A stretch of 64,000 nucleotides of DNA from Minisyncoccia bacterium (GCA_038230075.1 JBBRNV010000003.1:29329-93328), one strand, 5' to 3'. Positions 10,106-22,384 are shown, numbered from the stretch's first letter. A program made the numbers and translations. Notes: generated by a model not told the origin, from the sequence alone.

Positions 10106-11113
10106 ATGGATCTCACCGCACTTAAAGAAAATCATAAAACATCATATTTGGCATATGAATACGAACGACTTCAAAATGAAGAAGCTGGTCTTAATGCGTT
10201 GGCTGAAGATGAATCAATGAAAGAGATGGTCCAAGAAGAAATTAAAGATATTCAAACTCAAAAGAAAGCAATCGAAGAAAAGATTCAAGAGATTTTGAAA
10301 AAAGAAGAAGAAACTGAAATGGAATCACCTCGAGAAATTGTACTCGAAATTCGAGCGGGCGCAGGAGGAGACGAAGCATCACTTTTTGCAGGACAACTTG
10401 CTGAAATGTATCAGCGATATGCTGAAGTTGAAGGTTGGGCTTGGTCTAAAGTCAGTGAGTCATTAAGTGAGGTTGGAGGTTACAAAGAAGCAGTGTTTGA
10501 GCTTCGAGGAAATGGTGTCTACGATAAATTACGATATGAAACAGGAATCCATCGTGTGCAGCGAATTCCTGCAACTGAAAAGATGGGCCGAGTTCACACA
10601 TCAACTGCTTCTGTTGCCATTCTTCCGATTCGAAAGAAAAGTAAAATTGAGATTAACCCAGCAGATATTGAAATGGAGTTTTCACGATCAGGAGGAGCTG
10701 GAGGGCAAAATGTGAACAAAGTAGAAACCGCTGTTCGTTTGATTCATAAGCCAACAGGTATTGATGTACGTTCAACCTCTGAACGAAGTCAGCTTAAAAA
10801 CCGTGAGAAAGCGATGTCTATTTTGACTGCAAAACTTGATGCAATGAAAGAAGAAGAAGAGGTTAAAAAGTACGCATCAAATCGAGCGGGTCAAATTGGA
10901 ACGGGAGATCGATCTGAGAAGATTCGAACCTATAACATTCTTCAAGACAGAATCACTGACCATCGAATTAAAGAATCGTGGCACAATCTCCCTAAAATAA
11001 TGGCAGGAGGGCTTGGTCCTATTGTCGACACAATTATCCAAAAACAGGCTGAATTGGCAGCTGGAGGCACTATTTCCGGTGGAGGGGCAGAAGATGACGC
11101 AGATTCAGAGTAA
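10106..11113 (+). CDS. prfA: peptide chain release factor 1 (short N-terminus)
   Basis: [21 protein letters not shown] (PxT), [20 protein letters not shown]. Confidence 0.96.
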   Translation: MDLTALKENHKTSYLAYEYERLQNEEAGLNALAEDESMKEMVQEEIKDIQTQKKAIEEKIQEILKKEEETEMESPREIVLEIRAGAGGDEASLFAGQLAEMYQRYAEVEGWAWSKVSESLSEVGGYKEAVFELRGNGVYDKLRYETGIHRVQRIPATEKMGRVHTSTASVAILPIRKKSKIEINPADIEMEFSRSGGAGGQNVNKVETAVRLIHKPTGIDVRSTSERSQLKNREKAMSILTAKLDAMKEEEEVKKYASNRAGQIGTGDRSEKIRTYNILQDRITDHRIKESWHNLPKIMAGGLGPIVDTIIQKQAELAAGGTISGGGAEDDADSE

Positions 11114-11178
11114 GTCTAAAAAGGCCCCTAAAGCCACATATTGCAAAAAAAAGGCTTATCTGATATGATTTTTCGACC

Positions 11179-11871
11179 ATGACAACCCAAGACAAATTAT
11201 CAGAAATGTTCAAAGCTGGAGCCCATTTTGGGTATGTTCGATCACGTCGACATCCTTCTGTTGCTCCCTACATTTTCGGTGTAAAAAATAAGATTGAAAT
11301 CTTCAATCTTGAAAAGACAGAACCTATGATTGCAGATGCTCAGGCTTTTGTTAAAAAATTGGCATCTGAAGGAAAGATAATTCTTTTTGTTGGAGGAAAA
11401 AGTGAAGCTAAAGAAGCTGTTCGACGAGGTGCTGCATCAATTGATATGCCATTTGTTGCTGGCCGATGGATAGGGGGCGCACTTTCCAACTTCGACTCAA
11501 TTCGAAAAAGAGTTCAAAAATACCTCGACCTTACTGATAAGCGAGAAAAAGGTGAGCTTTCAAAATATACTAAAAAAGAACGACTTTTGATCGACCGAGA
11601 AATTGTTCGACTTGAAACTCTTTTTGCAGGTCTTATTCCACTTACACGAATTCCTGACGCTCTTTTTGTTATCGACTCAAAACGAGAAGAAATTGCTGTT
11701 AAAGAAGCTCAGGCTCTAAAAATTCCCGTGATCAGTCTTTCTGGATCAGATTGCAATATCAAACATATCGAACATCCTATTGTTGGAAATGATGCCTCAG
11801 TTTCAAGTATTCAATTCTTTATTGATCGAATCGTTTCTACATACAAAGAAAACAAGTCTCTCAAGAAATAA
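11179..11871 (+). CDS. rpsB: 30S ribosomal protein S2
   Basis: MFKAGAHFG, RWIGGALSNF, GNDAS. Confidence 0.96.
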   Translation: MTTQDKLSEMFKAGAHFGYVRSRRHPSVAPYIFGVKNKIEIFNLEKTEPMIADAQAFVKKLASEGKIILFVGGKSEAKEAVRRGAASIDMPFVAGRWIGGALSNFDSIRKRVQKYLDLTDKREKGELSKYTKKERLLIDREIVRLETLFAGLIPLTRIPDALFVIDSKREEIAVKEAQALKIPVISLSGSDCNIKHIEHPIVGNDASVSSIQFFIDRIVSTYKENKSLKK

Positions 11872-11923
11872 TCTGCACTTCCGACAGTTGGTATTTGTTT
11901 TTTATAAGCTATAATTTATATCT

Positions 11924-12514
11924 ATGGAAATTTCAAGCGACATGATTAAAGATCTTCGAGAAAAAACTGGTATCTCTGTGATGCAGTGCAAAAAAGCTCT
12001 TGAAGAGGCGGGTGGTGACATGGAAAAGGCTATTATTATTTTAAAGAAGAAAAGTTCAGCAATTGCTGAAAAGAAAGCCGATCGAGAGTTGGCAGCTGGT
12101 TCTGTAGCAGCTTATATTCACGGAAATGGCATGATTGGTGCCATGGTTGAACTTATGTCTGAAACAGACTTTGTATCTAAGAATGAAGAGTTTAAGATTT
12201 TGGCCCGAGAAATTGCAATGCAGATATCTGCAACAAATCCAAAATTTACCAAGCGTTCAGATGTCTCATCTGAAGAAATTGCAAAAGCATCAGAAGTTTT
12301 TGCAGCAGACGTTGCTGGAAAGCCTGAAGAATTGAAAGCAAAGATTCTTGAAGGAAAACTAAACGCATATTTCAAAGATCAGGTTCTACTCGAACAAGAT
12401 TATATTAAGAATCCTGAAAAAACTATTGGAAATTTGATTGAAGAAGCAACACAGAAATTTGGTGAAAAGATTGAAATTGGAAAGATTGCTCGATTTTCTC
12501 CTCTTGAAAAGTAA
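11924..12514 (+). CDS. tsf: elongation factor Ts (short type)
   Basis: LREKTGISVMQCKKALEEAGGD, SETDFV; follows rpsB. Confidence 0.96.
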   Translation: MEISSDMIKDLREKTGISVMQCKKALEEAGGDMEKAIIILKKKSSAIAEKKADRELAAGSVAAYIHGNGMIGAMVELMSETDFVSKNEEFKILAREIAMQISATNPKFTKRSDVSSEEIAKASEVFAADVAGKPEELKAKILEGKLNAYFKDQVLLEQDYIKNPEKTIGNLIEEATQKFGEKIEIGKIARFSPLEK

Positions 12515-12542
12515 TATCTACGTTGGCTAAGCCAACTTCTTT

Positions 12543-12941
12543 ATGTTGATCACTTCTTACATTTTATTCTTCGCAGCTCTTCTTGTTATGACATATCTTC
12601 TTGTCTCAAAAGAGAAGAAGATTACTATTGAACATCAAACATTTGAAGCATGGTTGCTGAGTGTTATTAATAAGATAAAAATGTTTTCTCGGTACGTTAA
12701 TAAAAAAACAGCAATCCTTTTTTTCCATTTCTTTATTGATTCTATTGAAAAAGGAGTTCTCAAAACAACTTCGACGTTGAAGAAAGGTTCACTGCAATCA
12801 AAAAAGTTTAGAGGAAAAATTGCTACTGGCCTCACAAGAAAGAAGACGGGAGAACCAACTTCCTTGCCTTCAGAAGAGCAGATAATCAAAGAAATAATAG
12901 AAGAGAAGATTCCAGAAGATGGTTGGGAGTCAAAGTCGTAA
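12543..12941 (+). CDS. hypothetical membrane protein
   Basis: ATG ORF with an N-terminal TM. Confidence 0.55.
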   Translation: MLITSYILFFAALLVMTYLLVSKEKKITIEHQTFEAWLLSVINKIKMFSRYVNKKTAILFFHFFIDSIEKGVLKTTSTLKKGSLQSKKFRGKIATGLTRKKTGEPTSLPSEEQIIKEIIEEKIPEDGWESKS

Positions 12942-13018
12942 AATGTCTCAAAAAGCGGTTTGTGGAAACAAAAAGCTTGTGTTAGCATGGTTTTTACTGT
13001 CAGTTTGTGGCGCTTCGT

Positions 13019-13086
13019 CACAATTGCTGACTTGGTAGGAAGCATAATCAAAATGCCACAATTGCTGACTTGGTAGGAAGCATAAT
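13019..13086. repeat. two exact 30-bp direct repeats upstream of tRNA-Thr
   Basis: cacaattgctgacttggtaggaagcataat at 13019-13048 and 13057-13086. Confidence 0.9.
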
Positions 13087-13093
13087 AAAATAC

Positions 13094-13169
13094 GCCACCT
13101 TAGCTCAGTTGGTAGAGCAACGCTTTTGTAAAGCGAAGGTCCCCAGTTCGAATCTGGGAGGTGGCTCCA
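13094..13169 (+). tRNA. tRNA-Thr (UGU)
   Basis: Acceptor stem GCCACCT/AGGTGGC, anticodon loop TT-TGT-AA, TTCGAAT T loop, encoded CCA. Confidence 0.94.
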
Positions 13170-13199
13170 AAGAAGGTTACGTTGGTAACTTACATTAGT

Positions 13200-14738
13200 A
13201 TGTCTTATAAAGATTCTCCTTATTTTCATGTTGGACGAGCAAGTGACCTTACTGGAAAAGATCGAATTCTTTATCGTTTCTTTGAAATGGTTCCAGGAAT
13301 TTTAGCGTGGGGCACTATTTTATTAACTGTTATTCTTTCTCGATTTGTTCCAACTGAAGCTGCTATTTTTATTATTATTTTTGATTTGTATTGGCTTCTT
13401 AAAACTGTCTATCTTTCAATTCATCTTCGACAAAATTGGAAACGAACTAAACACAATATGAGTCTTGATTGGATAGAAATGCTTAAGCCATTAAAGCATC
13501 AAGATTTATGGCATATGGTTATTCTTCCTTTCTATGATGAGAGTGAGGAAATTATTACAAAAAGTATTGCTGCACTTTTGAAAGCGAGAGTGAATCATAA
13601 GCAAATGATTATTGTTTTAGGTGGTGAAGAAAGAAAAGGAATATATGCCACCGAAGTTGCAAATAGTGTGAAAGCAAAATTCGAAAAAGAATTTGGACAT
13701 TTCATCACCACAATTCATCCAAAAGATACTCCAGGTGAAATGCCAGGAAAAGGATCAAACATTACTTATGCAGCTAAAGAAGCACGGGTGAAGATTCTTG
13801 ATGTTCATAAGATTGCTTATGAACATGTTATGGTCTCGGCTCTCGACATTGATACAATTGTATATAAAGATTATTTTGCTTGTGTGGCGTGGCATTTCTA
13901 TACCGCTGAAGACCGCTACAATGCCTCATATCAGCCTGTTCCGTTTTTTAATAACAATATGTGGGATGCACCTGCACTTTCACGTGTGGTTGCTTCTTCA
14001 GGAACATTTTGGCAAATGGTGCAGCAAGAGCGACCTGAAAAGCTTGCTACGTTTTCATCTCATTCAATTCCATTCAAAACACTTCATGATGTTGGATACT
14101 GGCAGGTGAATATGGTATCTGAAGATTCTCGTATCTTTTGGAATGCATTTGTCGCGCACAATGGAAATTATCGCGTGATTCCACTTTCATATCCGGTTTC
14201 GATGGATGCAAACCTTGCAAGTTCGTTTTGGAAAACTCTCATTAATATTTACAAACAACAGCGACGGTGGGCGTGGGGAAGTGAAAATGTTCCCTACATT
14301 CTTTTTAATTTTATTAAGAATAAAGAAATTCCATTGAAGAAACGCTTAAGAGCATCATTCATTCAACTCGAAGGATTCTGGTCGCTCGCGACGAATCCTA
14401 TTCTCATCTTTCTTCTTGGATGGCTTCCGTTAATTCTTGGGGGAAAAGCATTTAACTCAAGTGTCCTTTCTTACAACCTTCCTTTCATTACACGAAATTT
14501 AATGATTCTTGCCATGAGTGGTTTAGTTGTCTCATCAATGATTTTCCTTAGTTTCTTGCCAGAACGGCCAGAGCGATTTTCAAAATACCGAAAATTATAC
14601 ATGATCATTCAATGGCTTCTTGTGCCATTTACTATTGTTGTGTTTGGCGCGTTTCCAGGACTCGATGCAGAGACTCGATTAATGATAGGCCGACACTTAG
14701 GATTCTGGGTTACTCCAAAGCATAGAAAGAGCGTATAA
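13200..14738 (+). CDS. membrane-integral GT2 glycosyltransferase (processive type)
   Basis: DID, ED and QQRRW (QxxRW) motifs; N- and C-terminal TM segments. Confidence 0.88.
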   Translation: MSYKDSPYFHVGRASDLTGKDRILYRFFEMVPGILAWGTILLTVILSRFVPTEAAIFIIIFDLYWLLKTVYLSIHLRQNWKRTKHNMSLDWIEMLKPLKHQDLWHMVILPFYDESEEIITKSIAALLKARVNHKQMIIVLGGEERKGIYATEVANSVKAKFEKEFGHFITTIHPKDTPGEMPGKGSNITYAAKEARVKILDVHKIAYEHVMVSALDIDTIVYKDYFACVAWHFYTAEDRYNASYQPVPFFNNNMWDAPALSRVVASSGTFWQMVQQERPEKLATFSSHSIPFKTLHDVGYWQVNMVSEDSRIFWNAFVAHNGNYRVIPLSYPVSMDANLASSFWKTLINIYKQQRRWAWGSENVPYILFNFIKNKEIPLKKRLRASFIQLEGFWSLATNPILIFLLGWLPLILGGKAFNSSVLSYNLPFITRNLMILAMSGLVVSSMIFLSFLPERPERFSKYRKLYMIIQWLLVPFTIVVFGAFPGLDAETRLMIGRHLGFWVTPKHRKSV

Positions 14739-14739
14739 T

Positions 14740-15666
14740 ATGATGATGCAACCCATGTCATATCGAAGGCGAATGGTGTTTTTCATCTCTTTTGTATTGC
14801 TTTTCATAGTTCTCATTCCTGTCGTGCTTTTGTATTCTTTGGGTTATCGTTTGGGGAAAGATTTGTCGATTGCTAAAACGGGAGGAATTTTTATTTCATA
14901 TGGAAAAGCGGGAGCTAGTATTTATGTTGACAATGTTCTCAAAGAACAAACATCACTTTTTCAAAGAGGTAAGTTTCTTGAAAATATGAAGGCAGGTGAT
15001 TACAATGTTCGATTTGATCTTGATGGATATATTTCTTGGAATAAAATTATTACCGTTGAAGACGCAAAAGTGGCAGAAGGATATCCGTATTTGATAAAAA
15101 AAGAAATTTCAACAACGTCGATTCTAAAATACGACGGTGTTATTGAAGAGGGTGAAGGAATTGTGAACGAAGATTTTGCAAAAGCCGATGCACTATTTGA
15201 AGCACCAACAACAACCGTTTCAACAAAATATAAAATTAAAGTGCACGCACCAACATCAACTATTGCATACACTGGTTCATCAACCACTATAGTTAGTGCA
15301 CCAACTTCAACTATTATCGCAACGAAAGGTGATATTCAATTACTTAAAACAGAAACGTCGATTGATGCCTACTACACAGGCGATTTAAACGCTGCGCCAT
15401 TCACTTTTTGTTTGCAAAAAGTGTGTCTCAACGAAATCAGACTACTCGCAACATCAAGTATTTCTCATGTTGAATTTTTGTTTAACAGAAACGACGTTAT
15501 TTTATACTCTACAAAAGATGGAATTTATGTTACTGAATTCGATGCGAGATCACCTCGAAACACTCATAAATTAATCAACGGAAATAATCTTGATTTCCGA
15601 ACATTCGATGGAACTCACATTGTTGTAAAGGATGGAACAGAGTATTACAATGCAGAAATAATCTAA
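14740..15666 (+). CDS. PEGA domain membrane-anchored protein
   Basis: TM followed by YSLGYR..KTGGIFIS..GASIYVD..GDYNVRFDLDGYISWNK. Confidence 0.8.
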   Translation: MMMQPMSYRRRMVFFISFVLLFIVLIPVVLLYSLGYRLGKDLSIAKTGGIFISYGKAGASIYVDNVLKEQTSLFQRGKFLENMKAGDYNVRFDLDGYISWNKIITVEDAKVAEGYPYLIKKEISTTSILKYDGVIEEGEGIVNEDFAKADALFEAPTTTVSTKYKIKVHAPTSTIAYTGSSTTIVSAPTSTIIATKGDIQLLKTETSIDAYYTGDLNAAPFTFCLQKVCLNEIRLLATSSISHVEFLFNRNDVILYSTKDGIYVTEFDARSPRNTHKLINGNNLDFRTFDGTHIVVKDGTEYYNAEII

Positions 15667-15667
15667 T

Positions 15668-16420
15668 ATGAATTCCGAAACAAGTAAACTAACGACAGAA
15701 GGTCATCTACATCCGCTCACGACTGCTATTCGTGAAGTACAAACTATCTTCGAAAAGATTGGTTTTGAAGTTGCAGAAGGTCCAGAAGTTGAAGACGAAT
15801 ATCACAATTTTGATGTATTAAACATGCCAGCAGATCATCCTGCTCGTGATATGCAAGATACGTTTTGGCTTAAGGCAACAAAAGAAGAACGAAAGAAAGC
15901 AGAAGAATCAGGAATACCACTTGTACGAAAAGTGCTTCGAACACAAACCTCTGGTGTTCAGGTTCGATTCATGGAACATAATAAACCACCCTTTCGAATT
16001 ATTGTTCCTGGGCGCGTTTTTAGAAATGAAGCAACAGACAGAACTCACGAAGCGCAATTCTATCAAGTTGAAGGAATGTATATCGATAAAGAGGTTAGTT
16101 TGGCAACGTTAAAAGGAACTCTCGAATATTTCTATAAATCATTTTTCGGACCAGATGCTGAGATTCGTTTTCGACCCAGTTTCTTTCCTTTCGTTGAACC
16201 CGCAGTTGAGGTTGATGTGAAATATAAAGGAAAGTGGCTTGAGGTGACAGGTGCAGGTATGGTTCATCCTCATGTATTACGTGCAGGAGGTCTTAATCCT
16301 GATGAGTGGCAAGGGTTCGCTTTCGGAGCAGGTCTTGATCGATTACTCATGATTAAATATGGAATCGATGATATTCGTCATTTGTATAATGGCGACATGC
16401 GGTTTATTAATCAGTTTTAG
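15668..16420 (+). CDS. pheS: phenylalanine--tRNA ligase alpha subunit (no N-terminal arm)
   Basis: GHLHPLT, HPARDMQDTF, RFRPSFFPFVEP, GFAFGAGLDRL. Confidence 0.96.
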   Translation: MNSETSKLTTEGHLHPLTTAIREVQTIFEKIGFEVAEGPEVEDEYHNFDVLNMPADHPARDMQDTFWLKATKEERKKAEESGIPLVRKVLRTQTSGVQVRFMEHNKPPFRIIVPGRVFRNEATDRTHEAQFYQVEGMYIDKEVSLATLKGTLEYFYKSFFGPDAEIRFRPSFFPFVEPAVEVDVKYKGKWLEVTGAGMVHPHVLRAGGLNPDEWQGFAFGAGLDRLLMIKYGIDDIRHLYNGDMRFINQF

Positions 16421-16484
16421 ATTTTGCAATATGGCGTGAAAAAGTCAATGATTTTTAGCCATATTTTTGATAGACTATATATCT

Positions 16485-18488
16485 ATGAAAGTCTCACATT
16501 CGTGGCTCCAAACATATTTTAAAGGCCCTATTCCTTCTGCTGAAGTCTTGGCAGATCTTTTCACTTTTCATTCTTTTGAAATTGAAGGAGTCGAAGGGTA
16601 TAAAACTGAAAAAGGAATTGATATGGTTATTGATGCAAAGATTCTTCCTGATCGTGCGCATTTTGCATTATCGCATTTAGGTATTGCAGAAGAAATTAAA
16701 GCTCTTACGAAAACAAGTATTCTTGAAGAGAAGAGTCGAGATAAACGATCGAGTATCGATGAAGAAAAAGTGGCGATTGCTCCGGATGTTTCAGTTCCTA
16801 CTATTGTGGTCACCGACGAAAATTTTTGTACTCGCTATGTTGCACGAATAATAGAAAATATTGAAGTGAAAGAAAGTCCGCTTTGGCTTAAAGAAAAACT
16901 TGAAGCAGTTGGTGGGCGATCAATCAACACCATTGTCGATGCAACAAATTTTGTGATGTTTGATATTGGTCAACCTCTTCATGCATTTGATGCAGATAAG
17001 GTAAAAGGTTCAATTGTTATTCGTCGAGCAGAAGATGGTGAAAAAATGACAACGCTTGATAATAAAGAACTCACTCTTTCAATTAATGATTACGTTGTTG
17101 CTGATGAAGAAGGTATTCTTGCTCTTGCTGGAATTAAAGGAGGAAAGAAAGCTGAAGTAACTTCAACTACAAAACGAATTATCATTGAATCCGCACATTT
17201 TCATCCATCAATAGTGAGACGAACTGCTGTTAAGGTTGGTATTCGAAATGAATCGTCAAAACGATTTGAAAATGAAATCACCCCTAATCTCGCATCTCTT
17301 GGTATGCATGGCGTTTCTCGTCTTATCTTTGAATTGTGCAGTGATGTTGTGTTTGGTGCTGTTACAGATGTGTATCCAACCAAAACAGAAGTATACAAAC
17401 TTGGAGTCAGTATTTCATATATCAACAATTTACTTGGAGCCAACATTTCAAAAGAATCGATGAAAGAAATTCTTGAAAGATTTTCTATTGCAGTTCTTGA
17501 AACTCAAAATAACGATGAACTTTTGTTAACCATTCCAACTCATCGACTCGATCTTCGAATTCAGGCAGATATTGCAGAAGAAGTGGGACGTATGTATGGA
17601 TATGCAAACATTAAAGGAATATTGCCACCAGCTGTCGTTGGTGATGTTCGAATTCTTCCATCGTTGTATCAAACAGAACGACTTAAAAATGCTCTTATTG
17701 AGCAAGGTTTTTCCGAAGGGTATTTATATACACTAGTTGCAAAAGGTGATGTTGAAATTGCATACCCACTCGCATCAGATAAAGCTTTTGTTAGAAATAA
17801 CTTAAGTGATGGGCTAGTTAAGTCATTAACAATGAATGTTCGAAATGCAGATCTCTTCGGACTCGACGTTATTAAACAATTTGAAATCGGAAATGTGACA
17901 AAAGGTGAACAAGAATTTACTTCACTTACTATTGCAGTCTCTCGAGTTAAAAAAGTGAAAGGAAGAACTCATGAAATCGAATTAAAAGAAGTCTTAGAAA
18001 ATCTTAAAACTTGGTGTGATCTCGATATGATCGCGCTTGGTGGAGAAATAAAGAATACTCAAGATTATGCCATTATTGAAGTTGTTCTTAATAGTTGGAT
18101 AGCATCTCAGAAAATAGAAAGCTCGTCATACCTTCCGCTTCACTTTGATGAATCAATTACCGGTGCAAAAGAAAAGACTTATAAACCATTCTCAGTATTT
18201 CCATTCATTGTTCGAGATATTGCCTTATTTGTTCCACAAACAGTTTCAGTGGAACAAGTTGAAAAGGTTGTCACTGAGAAGGGAACAGAACTTCTTACTG
18301 CCACCAGACTCTTTGATGTGTTCACTAAACCAATGAAAGATGAGCATGGATATGAACACATAAAAACTTCATATGCTTTCCGAATGATTTTCCAATCATT
18401 TGATCGAACACTAACTGACGAAGAAATAAATCCTATAATGGACTCGATATACACTTCTGCAAAAGAAAGTGGGTGGGAGGTTCGTTAG
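16485..18488 (+). CDS. pheT: phenylalanine--tRNA ligase beta subunit (short)
   Basis: MKVSHSWL, GQPLHAFD, RLDL...DIAEEVGRMYGY, C-terminal FPFIVRDIA anticodon-binding domain. Confidence 0.95.
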   Translation: MKVSHSWLQTYFKGPIPSAEVLADLFTFHSFEIEGVEGYKTEKGIDMVIDAKILPDRAHFALSHLGIAEEIKALTKTSILEEKSRDKRSSIDEEKVAIAPDVSVPTIVVTDENFCTRYVARIIENIEVKESPLWLKEKLEAVGGRSINTIVDATNFVMFDIGQPLHAFDADKVKGSIVIRRAEDGEKMTTLDNKELTLSINDYVVADEEGILALAGIKGGKKAEVTSTTKRIIIESAHFHPSIVRRTAVKVGIRNESSKRFENEITPNLASLGMHGVSRLIFELCSDVVFGAVTDVYPTKTEVYKLGVSISYINNLLGANISKESMKEILERFSIAVLETQNNDELLLTIPTHRLDLRIQADIAEEVGRMYGYANIKGILPPAVVGDVRILPSLYQTERLKNALIEQGFSEGYLYTLVAKGDVEIAYPLASDKAFVRNNLSDGLVKSLTMNVRNADLFGLDVIKQFEIGNVTKGEQEFTSLTIAVSRVKKVKGRTHEIELKEVLENLKTWCDLDMIALGGEIKNTQDYAIIEVVLNSWIASQKIESSSYLPLHFDESITGAKEKTYKPFSVFPFIVRDIALFVPQTVSVEQVEKVVTEKGTELLTATRLFDVFTKPMKDEHGYEHIKTSYAFRMIFQSFDRTLTDEEINPIMDSIYTSAKESGWEVR

Positions 18489-18589
18489 TTATAGACACAA
18501 AAGAAGTCTAATTTTCACTCAAAAAACCATACCAGACAACACTTTTTAGACATTTAAATGATGGCAAAAAAGACCTAAATTTGATATAA

Positions 18590-20692
<2,103 letters not shown>

Positions 20693-20708
20693 ATAGAGAA
20701 ATAAGTTT

Positions 20709-20740
20709 AAAAATAATAACACCTAGGTGTTATTATTTTT
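20709..20740. terminator. perfect 32-bp palindrome, terminator after gyrB
   Basis: aaaaataataacacctaggtgttattattttt. Confidence 0.75.
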
Positions 20741-20812
20741 TTATTTATATAGATCAGAAATGACGAAGCCCACCGATGGCGGGTTCGCCATGATGGGCTG
20801 TTTTGCAAGATA

Positions 20813-21130
20813 TCAGACGGCACTTTCTGAGAGTGTGTCGTGCAGTAAAATGGCGGTTGCGTGCATTGCTTGTTGCAGGGTGGGAATGAGTCTCGTGGCG
20901 CAACCAAACGGAGTGATGTGCGTAAGAGTGGTACCACCATCAACAAGGATGAGATAATCGAACAGGGTATCTTCTTCGAGAGGAACTCCTGCTGCCGTAA
21001 GTTCAGCAGCTTGAAGATGTTTCGAGTGGTTTTGGCTGAGATCGTCTTCGCAAGAAAGCACAACATACACTCGGTCTGGTTGTTGCGAACGTACGTAGTT
21101 TATTCGGCCCTTCAGGAGTCTTATGATCAT
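20813..21130 (-). CDS. orphan hypothetical protein (GC-richer cassette)
   Basis: ATG ORF with its own promoter, a C-rich leader and a downstream hairpin at about 20764-20787. Confidence 0.55.
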   Translation of the reverse strand: MIIRLLKGRINYVRSQQPDRVYVVLSCEDDLSQNHSKHLQAAELTAAGVPLEEDTLFDYLILVDGGTTLTHITPFGCATRLIPTLQQAMHATAILLHDTLSESAV

Positions 21131-21211
21131 GTCGCTAGAGTTGGGGGTGGGTGGTATTTCGATTGGGTTGATTTGGCTCGAATGTAAAGTGGTTTGAAAG
21201 AGCCTTCATAG

Positions 21212-21240
21212 AGACTACCGCTCACACCTACCACTGTCAA
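21212..21240 (-). promoter_or_regulatory. sigma70-type promoter
   Basis: TTGACA-17 bp-TAGTCT on the minus strand. Confidence 0.7.
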
Positions 21241-21245
21241 ATAAA

Positions 21246-21274
21246 CAAAAAACCACCGCTTGGGTGGTCTTTTG
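21246..21274. terminator. terminator of the CARDB gene
   Basis: caaaaaaccacc-gcttg-ggtggtcttttg. Confidence 0.65.
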
Positions 21275-21299
21275 TTGTAACTTCTTGTTGAATACAAGA

Positions 21300-22337
21300 T
21301 TACTGTCCGATGTTCAATGTGTTGTTTGATCGATTGATATCGTTAACTTTTGCATTCTGGTCTACAGTGATTGAACCAAAACTTTTTGTTGGACTAGTGT
21401 ATCCAAGGGTGAAGATAATGCCGTCACCTGGCTTTAATGATTTCTGTGAAGGAGATGCGTAACTTTGATTGTTTACATCAGATGAAGGAAGTGTTGCATT
21501 GAAGTTCCATGACCCAGAAACTGCTGATCCAATGTTTTGAACTTCGAATCGAACTGCTGCAATGTCTGAAGAAGTAACATCTCGCTTGAGTGTATCAAGT
21601 GATACGAACTGGTGATTCTGATTAAGAATTCCATATTTCACAAGTGTAACAGAAAGGTCTGGTGTTCCTCCGATGACTTCTTGATATTCTGATGTGTGAG
21701 TTGTTTGAGGAGCAACACTTGCTTCTGCTGGATCTCCACCTTCGTACGCTGTGTGCTGATGAGGAACCATTGTTGATGGAGGATTGATTTCTGTTCCAAG
21801 TTTAATATTGATTGAACTTGTTCCCATAGCAATGATCGATCGATCAGTGCTAGACATAAGGAAGGCTTGGAAATTACTCTTTACCTGACTTGATGTTGAA
21901 GATGCAAGATTCTGATTAAGAAGAGGTCGAAGAATAACATCGTATTCTGTTCGGTCTAATGTATTTGTTGTTGATGCAACAGGAAGAGAGAATCGCTGTC
22001 CACATTGAATAGCTTGAACAGATGCATTTCGCACAAGTTCATAGTTCGCTACATCTGAACATTCATATTGAAATGAATATGTTCCGGCAATAGTGCTAGA
22101 ATGAATAACTCGAAGCATGAATGGTTCACCTGATCGAACAACTGTTTTGTCAGGGGATACATTAAGCATTACGATTCCTGATGGAGTACTTGTTGAAGTA
22201 CCTTTAATATTTGAAAGCGCTGTTAATGCTCGAGGAATAAGTTTTACAATTCCGAAAGCAATGAGAAATAATACGACTACAATAACGATAATAAAGATGA
22301 CGCGCAGAACTTTGTATAATGTTGAATCTTGATTCAT
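21300..22337 (-). CDS. membrane-anchored surface protein with C-terminal CARDB-like Ig domain
   Basis: N-terminal TM; PDLSV..VRFEVQNIGS..LKPG..ITVD..VNDINRSNN. Confidence 0.8.
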   Translation of the reverse strand: MNQDSTLYKVLRVIFIIVIVVVLFLIAFGIVKLIPRALTALSNIKGTSTSTPSGIVMLNVSPDKTVVRSGEPFMLRVIHSSTIAGTYSFQYECSDVANYELVRNASVQAIQCGQRFSLPVASTTNTLDRTEYDVILRPLLNQNLASSTSSQVKSNFQAFLMSSTDRSIIAMGTSSINIKLGTEINPPSTMVPHQHTAYEGGDPAEASVAPQTTHTSEYQEVIGGTPDLSVTLVKYGILNQNHQFVSLDTLKRDVTSSDIAAVRFEVQNIGSAVSGSWNFNATLPSSDVNNQSYASPSQKSLKPGDGIIFTLGYTSPTKSFGSITVDQNAKVNDINRSNNTLNIGQ

Positions 22338-22384
22338 ATGGTGAGACTATACACTGTTTTTAAGGTCCCGTCAAGTATTGATAT

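Noticed and set aside
13019-13086. 30-bp direct repeats as a mini-CRISPR array
   Set aside because: There are only two copies, the gap is 8 nt, and no cas genes are present in the window.
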